Below are positions 33,536 to 42,163 of a stretch of DNA of 54,338 nt, in pieces; position 1 is the stretch's first letter; the number at the start of each line of letters is the position of its first letter. Location of the stretch: the UHGV virus genome UHGV-1367341. The stretch is one strand, 5' to 3'. A program made the translations under genes and the position numbers. The notes below the pieces were generated by a model, which did no database searches, was not told the origin of the DNA, and worked only from the letters and a program-made list of their open reading frames with translations. The stretch comes from a virus.

Positions 33536-35506
33536 ATGAATACCTACACTAAGAAGCTACGTCGGCTGAGCCAGGTTGGCGGGCAAAAGAAGATTGACTC
33601 CGTTGGATCTACCAAGCACCACGGGGAGTACAACCGAGCTATGGGCGTACTCCTCGAGGCGCGTCGTAGCTGGGACGCCATGTCACGTTTCCGAAAGGAT
33701 CGCGAGCGGTGCAAGCGGTACACCTACGGGGATCAGTGGAAGGATGTCGTCAATGTGGACGGCAAGACGATGACCGAGGAGAAGTATATCATGGAGCAAG
33801 GTAGCGTCCCATTGAAGAACAACCTCATCCGTCGCCTTGTGCGTAACGTCCTCGGTGCATACCTCAAGCAGACGAAAGAGCCTGTATGCGTGGCGCGAGA
33901 CAGAGACGAGCAGCGACTCGGAGAGACGATGAGCACGATCCTCCAGTACAATATGCAGCTCAATAGTATGACCGAGATAGGAGCGCGCTCTATGGAGGAG
34001 TTCGTCATCAGCGGGCTAACGGTCCAGCATAAGAGCTACGGGGTGCGTGAGGGTCGCCTGGACTGCTGGACACGTAATGTCAATCCGAGCATGTTCTTCT
34101 TGGACTCCAATTCACAGGACGTGCGCGGATGGGACGTAAGCATCCTCGGTGAGATCCATGATATTGACTTACAAACGCTCTTCCGAGAGTTTGCCAGCAG
34201 CCGCGAGGAGTGCGAACGCCTGCGTGAGATCTACCGCTATGCACGCGACGGGGATTACGTGAGTCAATACTTTTCGGATTTCCCTGACTTCGGGTATAGT
34301 GATGCGCGTACTTACGACTTCTTCACAGGTCGCGATCCCCGTCGCTGTCGTGTCATCGAGGTATGGCGCAAGGAGACGAAGGAGCGATACTTGTGCCACG
34401 ACCCTAACAACGGGGAGGTATACAAGATCGAGACGGAGGACTACGGGAAGATGGTAGAGGCTGTGAATAGAGACCGCATGGTAATGGCCGCTGAGCAGGG
34501 GATCCCCGAGGAGGATGTGCCACTAATCGAGGCGACGTGGTTTGTAGACGATTATTGGTACTTCTACTACCTCAGTCCCTTCGGTCATATCCTAAAGGAG
34601 GGAGAGACCCCATACCACCACAAGAGCCACCCCTATGTCTTCAAGGCCTACCCCTTCATTGATGGGGAGATCCACTCCTTCGTCTCCGACGTCATCGACC
34701 AGCAGCGATATACGAACCGCCTCATAACGCTATACGACTGGGTAATGCGCTCAAGCGCGAAGGGGGTGCTTCTTGTCCCCGAGGATAGCATACCTACCAA
34801 TACGACTCCCGAGGAATTTGCGGAAGAGTGGAGTCGCTTCAACGGGGTAATCGCCTTTACCCCCAACAAGCAGGGGGTACTACCTCAGCAGATCTCGAGC
34901 AACGCCACGAATATCGGCATCGGGGAGCTACTGAATATCCAGCTCAAGCTCTTCGAAGATGTGTCAGGGGTACATGGTGCATTGCAGGGTAAGCCAGGCT
35001 TTGCGGGGATGAGCTCCAGCCTATACGCTCAGCAGACGCAGAACGCGACGAACTCGCTGGTGGATCTCATGGATAGCTTTAGCGCGTTCACGATCCAGGG
35101 GGCGTATAAGGATGTGAAGAACATTCAGCAGTTCTACGATGAGAAGCGCGTGGTGAATATCGCGGGCAATGACTCGAGTCTACTCCCCGACGATCCCCGC
35201 AAGATCCGTGATATTGAGTTCGACCTCTCTATTGCTGAGAGCTCCTCGAGCCCTGCATATCGACAGCTCGCTAATGAGTTCCTCCTCGAGGTATGGAAGG
35301 CTGGTCAGATCACGCTCAACCAGCTATTGGAGGTGGGCGACTTCCCATTTGCGGACAAGCTCTTACAGAGTCTCGACTCGCAAGCTGAGCAGATGAAGCA
35401 GGGCATAGCCCCCGAAGGGATAAGCCCCGAAATGCAGCAGCAGGCTATGGCTATGGCTGATCCAGCTGCCGTAGAAATGGCTCACCGAGCCCTCACGGCA
35501 AACTAA
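33536..35506 (+). CDS. putative portal protein (656 aa)
   Basis: Size, position between the cargo megaprotein and the terminase, and alpha/beta-rich composition. No motif-level confirmation possible by eye. Confidence 0.4.
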   Translation: MNTYTKKLRRLSQVGGQKKIDSVGSTKHHGEYNRAMGVLLEARRSWDAMSRFRKDRERCKRYTYGDQWKDVVNVDGKTMTEEKYIMEQGSVPLKNNLIRRLVRNVLGAYLKQTKEPVCVARDRDEQRLGETMSTILQYNMQLNSMTEIGARSMEEFVISGLTVQHKSYGVREGRLDCWTRNVNPSMFFLDSNSQDVRGWDVSILGEIHDIDLQTLFREFASSREECERLREIYRYARDGDYVSQYFSDFPDFGYSDARTYDFFTGRDPRRCRVIEVWRKETKERYLCHDPNNGEVYKIETEDYGKMVEAVNRDRMVMAAEQGIPEEDVPLIEATWFVDDYWYFYYLSPFGHILKEGETPYHHKSHPYVFKAYPFIDGEIHSFVSDVIDQQRYTNRLITLYDWVMRSSAKGVLLVPEDSIPTNTTPEEFAEEWSRFNGVIAFTPNKQGVLPQQISSNATNIGIGELLNIQLKLFEDVSGVHGALQGKPGFAGMSSSLYAQQTQNATNSLVDLMDSFSAFTIQGAYKDVKNIQQFYDEKRVVNIAGNDSSLLPDDPRKIRDIEFDLSIAESSSSPAYRQLANEFLLEVWKAGQITLNQLLEVGDFPFADKLLQSLDSQAEQMKQGIAPEGISPEMQQQAMAMADPAAVEMAHRALTAN

Positions 35507-35524
35507 GATAGGGACGTGAAATGA

Positions 35525-35562
35525 TTAGCCCCGTGCTCGACGTTGGTTGGGCACGGGGCTAA
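35525..35562. terminator. bidirectional hairpin terminator between convergent portal and terL genes
   Basis: Perfect 12-bp inverted repeat TTAGCCCCGTGC ... GCACGGGGCTAA with a 14-nt loop. Confidence 0.5.
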
Positions 35563-35564
35563 TA

Positions 35565-37709
35565 CTATATAGTGGCTTCGCTCACGGGCTTTGATCTCCT
35601 GCTGGCGGCCCGTCGCTGCTCTGCCGTCTTTACCTGTATGATCTTCGGCAGTGGCATTTCCTTCGTATTGGAGCTGATGTACAAGCCTATTGCGCGCGTC
35701 ATCAGAAGGTCGTCATGCTTACCGAGGATAGCTCCGTATGCTCCATTCTGTTTGCGCTCATAGGTGATGTACTCATTCAGACAACGCTCGTCACGCTCGA
35801 CGTATAGCCCTTCTCGGATGAAGGTGATAAGGACGTCGATGATGATAGGCTTCGTGTGCACGTTCGTATGGAAGCCATACTTGCGAGGCACGGAGTCGCG
35901 TATCTCATCGGCAGACTGCGGGCGTGCATACAGGTTGTCGTACACGTCTTTGATCTGATTGAGGATGAAGTGCGAATGATCTCCGTCCACTTGTCGGTTG
36001 GGGTCTTTGGTCTCGAGGGTGTTACTCTCAATGACAAGGAGGGCCTCATCGTAGTACTTGGCGATCTGTGCAGACTTCCACGCAAGTTTGTCCATATCGA
36101 TGTGCCCGTACCACTGAGCCACGACCACGGGCTTACCCCCATCCATCATAAAGAGCCTGTCGAACACACAGATGACGGAGTAGTCAGCACCTCGGCTACG
36201 CCCCCCAATATCCACCACGACAAGGTATCTATTCGTGATGCGCTCGCCCGGGTCTATCTCGGGCTTCTCCCAAATAGTGAATAGCCCTTGGTGATCTTCA
36301 ACAAAGCGCACGTTGGTAATAGCATCCTCGCCCGTCGCTCCATTGGCCACGACGTCACCCACGAAGCGTGGAGGCTTACATGTAGGTCTCAACGCTTCCA
36401 CTTGGTACATGTCGAATACGCGTTGTCCTGAGTGGACGAAGGCTTCGATGTCGTCGGAGGGGAACTCAGATGCCATATCCCCGTGGTCGCTCTTGCTCTT
36501 TCGCTCCTGGATATACCAGTGTATCGCCTCGAGGGTAGCACCCTGCTCCCATAGCCACCACAGGTATTTGCCTGGCTCTGCTCGGTCGCTCGCAGCATAG
36601 TCCGCTCTCCTGTTCTTCCATAGCTCTGTGGCGAAGGCTTCGCGGTCGGGTATGTCAAGGCTGTACTGCTCGATCTCAAACCATGCAACGAAGAGGGCTT
36701 TGAATTGCGAGTCGCCACGACGGGCCGCATCATACTCTCGTTGGAAGAAGTTCCCCGTACCATTGGCGGTGGACTCATACACGATCATGGTGTGGGGCTT
36801 GTAGAGTACCCCCGAACAAGCTGATCGAATGATCTGCTCGGGCGTCTTCCCCTCAGTGGTCTTCCATAGCCCCACCTCAGTGCAGTGCACCAGGTTGTAG
36901 TCACCACCACGCGCGCTGTCGGGAGCTTCTGCTGTCCCCAGCTTGATATTACACGAACGCTGAGGGATGCGCCTCACGTTTCTCTCCGACCCTATGCCGA
37001 TTAGCTTTGGCTCATTAGGCTTGAACGATGCCCCTATCGGGTATAGCCGCTCTATGGGGTAGGCATTGATAAGACGCTCGAACATGTTGCTTACCTCGGT
37101 AGAGGCAGCTTTGACGTGACCGACGATAAGGGAGTTTAGCCCCACCTGGTGCACCAGCTGAAGCCACGCCATATATATCTGTGTGGCGGTAGAGCCACCC
37201 CACTGACGCGCCTTCAACAGGATAAGGCGTATAGGAGCACCAGCAAGACGCTGACGCTCGAAAGCCTCGACGAGTTTACGCTGTGGGTGATTGAGCTTGA
37301 AGCGCACGTCAGAGCCACCCCCCTTGCGTTTGATGAACACCTGGACCGCAGCCCAAAAGAAAAAATCATGCTTCTCTCTCAGTCGGAGGAACACCTCTAC
37401 GAGTGCCTTCCTGTTCTCCTCCGTCTCCTCTCCGTACCTCTCCACAAGGAATTTGGATATGCTCCCCGCCTTGGATAGACGCTTGATGAGAGGTATATCC
37501 TTCATCGAGGTAGGCAGGTATTGCACCTTCATAGCACCGAAGTCAGAGAGGCGCAGCTCGAAACGCTCCAGCGGTGACCCTAACCCCGTGATGGGATTAA
37601 ATGGTGCATGGAGAGCTTCGAGCCGTCGCTCATTCTCTTGTAGTATTCGTGCTACTTCTTCGCGCATTGAGTGAGGTATCCGATACCGAGGCCCATGATG
37701 AAGCCCCAA
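35565..37709 (-). CDS. terL: terminase large subunit
   Basis: ATPase motif LKARQWGGSTATQ (K-x-R-Q-x-G-x-S/T type). Nuclease-domain motif MIVYESTANGTGNFF. 714 aa. Confidence 0.8.
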   Translation of the reverse strand: MGLHHGPRYRIPHSMREEVARILQENERRLEALHAPFNPITGLGSPLERFELRLSDFGAMKVQYLPTSMKDIPLIKRLSKAGSISKFLVERYGEETEENRKALVEVFLRLREKHDFFFWAAVQVFIKRKGGGSDVRFKLNHPQRKLVEAFERQRLAGAPIRLILLKARQWGGSTATQIYMAWLQLVHQVGLNSLIVGHVKAASTEVSNMFERLINAYPIERLYPIGASFKPNEPKLIGIGSERNVRRIPQRSCNIKLGTAEAPDSARGGDYNLVHCTEVGLWKTTEGKTPEQIIRSACSGVLYKPHTMIVYESTANGTGNFFQREYDAARRGDSQFKALFVAWFEIEQYSLDIPDREAFATELWKNRRADYAASDRAEPGKYLWWLWEQGATLEAIHWYIQERKSKSDHGDMASEFPSDDIEAFVHSGQRVFDMYQVEALRPTCKPPRFVGDVVANGATGEDAITNVRFVEDHQGLFTIWEKPEIDPGERITNRYLVVVDIGGRSRGADYSVICVFDRLFMMDGGKPVVVAQWYGHIDMDKLAWKSAQIAKYYDEALLVIESNTLETKDPNRQVDGDHSHFILNQIKDVYDNLYARPQSADEIRDSVPRKYGFHTNVHTKPIIIDVLITFIREGLYVERDERCLNEYITYERKQNGAYGAILGKHDDLLMTRAIGLYISSNTKEMPLPKIIQVKTAEQRRAASRRSKPVSEATI

Positions 37710-38155
37710 AGGTGTACGAATTGATTGATGAGAGGGAATATGCAGCTAACGGCAAAGCCAACGGCAAGCCAGGTAAGCCACTCGCGTTTGCGTACCACCT
37801 GGGGAGTTACCATGCCTATCAGGGCGTAGCATGCACCTGAAAGCCCAGTCGTTGGTAAGGTGAGAATGTGCGCATCGCAGATCCCGTACAATGTGGCCAC
37901 GGGGAATAGCGACGCAATGATATAGGACGTCAGCAGCTGTCGTGCGGTTACGCCCATATAGAACACCAGCGAGAGTAAGCACCAGCAGTTTACAAGCCAG
38001 TGGAAGATGGACGCATGAAAAAGCGAGTAGGTCCAACGCCCCCACCATGGGCCCGTGTTGTATATCCCTACGCTGCCGTGGGGAATGGGGAGCAAATAGA
38101 GGACGAATGTAAGTAGAGCGATGGCGAGGCTTAGCGTTTTGGTCTTGTCTTGCAT
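37652..38155 (-). CDS. rhomboid-family intramembrane serine protease
   Basis: TM2 HWLVN (H-x-x-x-N). Catalytic Ser in GLSGA. Catalytic His in VHLWGFIMGLGIG. Six predicted TM helices in 167 aa. Confidence 0.7.
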   Translation of the reverse strand: MQDKTKTLSLAIALLTFVLYLLPIPHGSVGIYNTGPWWGRWTYSLFHASIFHWLVNCWCLLSLVFYMGVTARQLLTSYIIASLFPVATLYGICDAHILTLPTTGLSGACYALIGMVTPQVVRKREWLTWLAVGFAVSCIFPLINQFVHLWGFIMGLGIGYLTQCAKK

Positions 38156-38550
38156 AGCTGCTTGGCTTCGTTAATCTTCTCGTAGGTCTTGCGGTCGGAG
38201 AGATAGAGCTTGGGGGCTGGAGCATTGACTACCCGTATTACGGCATCCTCGAGAGATAGCCCCAAAGGGCTATTGAGAAGTAGCATTACACGCTTGTATA
38301 TCTCCTCGTACATCTCCTGCGTCGAAGGCGTTTTGATAGGGCATTCACCACCTAAGCGTATCATCTTCTGAATGACACGCACCGCCCTATCCTCTGACAC
38401 GAAGAAGCGGGAGTACTCGCTGTTCTTCACATGCTGTACGACGTTCTTCATGTTTATGTAAAAGCACATCGAAGTAGCCTCTCGGTACTTCGTCAGTATC
38501 TCACAAAGCACTCGGTGCTTATACTCGTAGCACGATCTTTTGCCTGGCAT
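38131..38550 (-). CDS. hypothetical protein upstream of rhomboid/terL (possible small terminase subunit)
   Basis: 139 aa, basic. First gene of the leftward packaging unit. Function by position only. Confidence 0.35.
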   Translation of the reverse strand: MPGKRSCYEYKHRVLCEILTKYREATSMCFYINMKNVVQHVKNSEYSRFFVSEDRAVRVIQKMIRLGGECPIKTPSTQEMYEEIYKRVMLLLNSPLGLSLEDAVIRVVNAPAPKLYLSDRKTYEKINEAKQLCKTRPKR

Positions 38551-38681
38551 AGCTCGCTCCTTTATTTTGGTATGCCTTAAAGATACGCATTAGGGGGTTC
38601 AATTCCAATATATAATACGCAATATGTCACAGCATTAGGGCGGGTGCTTTATAGATTTGCTTCATCTATAAAATTAGGCTT

Positions 38682-39491
38682 ATGGAAATAGATGAACAGA
38701 AGGACCTTGCACCCGCAGATCCCCCTGCTGCTGAGGTGAGTAAGCGCGACCGACTCAAGGCGCGCTTGAAGGACAAATATCCCGACGACGATATGGACGA
38801 CGATGAAGTCCTCGCTGGTCGTATCAACGACGACTACGACGACTACGAAGGCCAGTTAGAAGGGTACAAGGGGAGAGAGAAGGAGATCGCAGGCCTCTTT
38901 GGCCGTGACCCCCGAAGTGCGAGCTTCATCTCGCGTTGGGCTGGTGGCGAAGATCCCGCAGTCCTTCTTGTCGAAACGTTCGGAACGGAGATTACCGACG
39001 CTATCGGAGACCCTGAGAAGCAGGAGCAGATCGCGGAGGCTAATCAGAAGTTCCTCGACCGCATCGCTAACTCCGAGAAGCTCGAGAAGGAGTACGAGGA
39101 AAACCTGGGTGAGTCTCTCAACGTGATTGGCAAGCTCCAGGAAGAAGGCGTACCCGACGAGGATATTGACAAGGCTATGGAGCTGCTCCAAAACATTGTC
39201 ACTGACGGGGTGCGCGGGAAGTTCACACGCGAGACCATCGAAATGGCACTCAAGGCTATTGGCTACGACAACGCAGTGGCAGAGGCCGAGGAGACGGGAC
39301 GCGTGGCAGGGCGCAATGAGAAGATTGACGTGAAGCTCCGTAAGCCCGAAGAAGGCGACGGCACGGCCAACCTCTCGGGAGGTGGCTCAACCCCTGAAAG
39401 ACCTACACCCAACCTGGGTGCTCTTGGTGAAGCATCAACCCGCAAGAGCATTTGGGACAAGGGCAAGATGAAGAGAGTTAAGCGAGAGTAA
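38682..39491 (+). CDS. acidic helical protein, scaffold-like
   Basis: 269 aa, very acidic, Asp/Glu-rich. Immediately upstream of the putative capsid gene. Possible TAGATTTG -7 element at 38652..38659. Confidence 0.4.
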   Translation: MEIDEQKDLAPADPPAAEVSKRDRLKARLKDKYPDDDMDDDEVLAGRINDDYDDYEGQLEGYKGREKEIAGLFGRDPRSASFISRWAGGEDPAVLLVETFGTEITDAIGDPEKQEQIAEANQKFLDRIANSEKLEKEYEENLGESLNVIGKLQEEGVPDEDIDKAMELLQNIVTDGVRGKFTRETIEMALKAIGYDNAVAEAEETGRVAGRNEKIDVKLRKPEEGDGTANLSGGGSTPERPTPNLGALGEASTRKSIWDKGKMKRVKRE

Positions 39492-39516
39492 TATCAACCA
39501 ACTAACCAAAATCAAA

Positions 39517-40941
39517 ATGAATAAGAAGCAAGTAGTAACTAACATCTCAAACCTGGGTCTGCTCCTCTTGGCAGGCATCTTCGGGGGTGGTGCTATGGCT
39601 GTCGTCGGTCCTCTTCCTGATGCAGGTAAGACTGATAGCGGTGCAGCCGTAGGCCAGGGTGGCAAGGAAATAGGCAACGAAGGTATCGCCAACCGCACCA
39701 CGGGTGAGGCTGAGGGCGATCCCGACTACTATTCCAAGGCCATTGACGATCGCATCATTAAGATCCGTCCAATGTCCACCCCTATCGACCAGATCAGCCG
39801 ACACTCCGAAGCTCGCAAGATCGATAGCATGGTAGTGAAGTACCCCTCAGTAGGTACGCGCCCTATCTCCACGACGACATCGAAGGCGATGACGGCACAG
39901 CTCGCCACCGACGCCAGCATCAAGCTGGAGGTAGCTGACGCGAGCATGTTCACGCTCGACGATACGATCCGTGTCGTAGGCATCAAGGGGCAGTTCGACG
40001 AAAATGGTAACGCCTACCCCGTTGGAGCTGCACCCGACCTCGTGCTGCACGTCTGTGGACGTGACAACAACACGAACATGCCTGTTGTCTATGCCGTCAA
40101 TGGCGCGAAGAACGCGAAGGGGCAGCCCATACTCGTCCCACAGATCCCTCAGAATACGCGCCTGGTGCGAATGGGTAAGGCTGGTAGCGAGCTTGACGTA
40201 CAGACGGGACGCTTCAACAACATCCCCACCTTCGAGGAGCAGTACTGCCAAAACTTCATGATCCAAATCGAGCAGTCCACGATCGACAAGATGTCTGCAA
40301 AGAACGTCAAGTGGGACTTCTCGGACCTGGAAGAAGATGGCATCTACGATATGCGCCTTGCACAGGAGAACACCTATCTCTTCGGTGCGAAGAGTAGGAT
40401 CGTCCACCCCTCTAAGGATGGCTCTGCTACGTGGTTCACAGGCGGTATTTGGCATCAGGCGGGTAAGGATATCGAGGTCGGTACGTACGTCGCTTCGGCA
40501 AGACGCACTGACATCACCGATGAGCAGCTTGTAGATATCTCCAAGGACCTCTTCGTAGGTACAGGTGTCGGCAACAAGCGCAAGATCCTTTTCTGCGGTA
40601 GCGAAATGCTCGCAGCGTTCTCGAAGATCAAGAGCGACAAGTTCCGCCTGAAGGAGTCGGTAGAGTCGTGGGATCTCCAGTTCAAGTCCTGGATCACCGA
40701 CTTCGGTGAAATCATGGTCATGCATCATGAGCTCTTCGACCTGAATGGTATGAGCGACTGCGGTCTCGCACTCGATCCCGAGTTCCTCGTCAAGAACACC
40801 TTCCTCTCCTGGCAGCGTAATATCCTCGACATGAAGGCAGCAGGTATCCGCAATACCGACGCCGTTGTCCTCCAGGAGATCGCCTGCCTGTATCTCCGCT
40901 ATCCAAAGGCTCACGCTCGCCTCAAGCTGAAGAAGGCGTAA
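39517..40941 (+). CDS. putative major capsid protein (474 aa)
   Basis: Size and position after the scaffold-like gene. Followed by a strong hairpin terminator. No motif-level confirmation. Confidence 0.5.
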   Translation: MNKKQVVTNISNLGLLLLAGIFGGGAMAVVGPLPDAGKTDSGAAVGQGGKEIGNEGIANRTTGEAEGDPDYYSKAIDDRIIKIRPMSTPIDQISRHSEARKIDSMVVKYPSVGTRPISTTTSKAMTAQLATDASIKLEVADASMFTLDDTIRVVGIKGQFDENGNAYPVGAAPDLVLHVCGRDNNTNMPVVYAVNGAKNAKGQPILVPQIPQNTRLVRMGKAGSELDVQTGRFNNIPTFEEQYCQNFMIQIEQSTIDKMSAKNVKWDFSDLEEDGIYDMRLAQENTYLFGAKSRIVHPSKDGSATWFTGGIWHQAGKDIEVGTYVASARRTDITDEQLVDISKDLFVGTGVGNKRKILFCGSEMLAAFSKIKSDKFRLKESVESWDLQFKSWITDFGEIMVMHHELFDLNGMSDCGLALDPEFLVKNTFLSWQRNILDMKAAGIRNTDAVVLQEIACLYLRYPKAHARLKLKKA

Positions 40942-40985
40942 GCCTTAGAGTGTCCGTTGTCTTTTGTGATGTGTCTGTAAAGGAC

Positions 40986-41027
40986 GGGGGCGGATGCCCT
41001 TTGGTGTCTGCCCCCTCCTTTATTATT
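40986..41027 (+). terminator. rho-independent terminator after the capsid gene
   Basis: GGGGGCGGA ... TCTGCCCCC stem (one mismatch) followed by TCCTTTATTATT. Confidence 0.5.
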
Positions 41028-41032
41028 AACGA

Positions 41033-41512
41033 ATGAAGAAACGAATGAATAAAAGATATATCTCAGGCACTTGCCTTAGCCTTAGCCTCGGCCGTGACGC
41101 TACGTCCTATCGTCACATTGCCTTTGAGCCTCAAATGGAGCGTGGCAGTGCATACGTAACTGACGATGAAGAGGAGCAGGCGGAGCTGGAGGCTCACCCC
41201 TACTTCGGCACATACTTCGAGGAAGATCCCTACTACACGGATAACTCGGAGTCAGCAGTGGAGGAAGCCAAGGTCGAAGAAGATCATGACGAGAAGAGCG
41301 AGGGCGTGGTCCTCTCCTTCTCTAACGAGTCCGACGCTAAGGAAGCCCTCGCTACCGACTATGGTGTAGCCCGCTCTAATCTGAGGTCACGTAAGTCCAT
41401 CGAAAAAGCAGCTGTGTCCGTAGGTGTAAAAATCAACTGGACGGACGTCTCACCCTCTGCCACTGACGACGCTGACGACGCTGACGGCTCAGACGATACC
41501 GACAAGGAGTAA
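41033..41512 (+). CDS. acidic hypothetical protein (possible head decoration or lipoprotein)
   Basis: N-terminal MKKRMNKRYISGTCLSLSLG signal-like segment. Very acidic with a DDADDADGSDDTD tail. Confidence 0.4.
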   Translation: MKKRMNKRYISGTCLSLSLGRDATSYRHIAFEPQMERGSAYVTDDEEEQAELEAHPYFGTYFEEDPYYTDNSESAVEEAKVEEDHDEKSEGVVLSFSNESDAKEALATDYGVARSNLRSRKSIEKAAVSVGVKINWTDVSPSATDDADDADGSDDTDKE

Positions 41513-41518
41513 TCCTCC

Positions 41519-42163
41519 ATGGAGTACGCTATCGAAGAATTGAAGCGGTCGGTAAGGGTGGCACTGGACGAGAACAACACCAGTGCCACCCTTACCTCTC
41601 TTGGTGACGTCGATACGCTAAGTGTCGAGGAGATCATCGAGAGTAAGCTGGAGGATGCTGCGCTCATCGTCCACCGCGATGCCCCACGCCACCTGCTGGA
41701 TGTGGGTCTGCCCTTCTCGGGGACTATACGCTGGGAGAGTGCCGTCGGCTATGGCCGTGGCGTAATGACGCTCCCTGCCGACTTCCTGCGTCTTGTCACC
41801 TTCCGTATGAGTGATTGGAGAAAGGACGTCACAGAGCCTATCTACGAAGATGACCCACGATATGCATTACAGCTTAGTGCCTTCTCGGGTGTTCGTGGTT
41901 GTCCTGAGAAACCCGTGGTGGCTCTTATCCAAGCTCCCGAGGGTCTGACGCTGGAGCTATACAGCTGCGAGGCTGGGGAGTCTATCCAGGTGGAGAAGGC
42001 TCGCTACCTACCTCGCCCTAAGATCCGAGAAGGCAAGCTCACGATCTGTGAGCGTCTGCGCGAGGCCGTGGTCTACTACGCAGGGGCACTCACCGCGCTC
42101 ACGCTGGGCAATGGAGAGCAGGCCAAGGCCCTAATGGAAACCAGTAAGACACTAATGGAATAA
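41519..42163 (+). CDS. hypothetical structural protein (214 aa)
   Basis: Positioned between capsid and tail-fibre genes. Its stop TAA (42161..42163) overlaps the next start ATG (42163..42165) by one nucleotide. Confidence 0.4.
   Translation: MEYAIEELKRSVRVALDENNTSATLTSLGDVDTLSVEEIIESKLEDAALIVHRDAPRHLLDVGLPFSGTIRWESAVGYGRGVMTLPADFLRLVTFRMSDWRKDVTEPIYEDDPRYALQLSAFSGVRGCPEKPVVALIQAPEGLTLELYSCEAGESIQVEKARYLPRPKIREGKLTICERLREAVVYYAGALTALTLGNGEQAKALMETSKTLME

Noticed and set aside
38590-38612. tRNA-like T-arm sequence GGGGGTTCAATTCC
   Set aside because: The flanking sequence cannot form an acceptor stem or anticodon arm and has no CCA-compatible 3' end. It lies in an AT-rich divergent promoter region.
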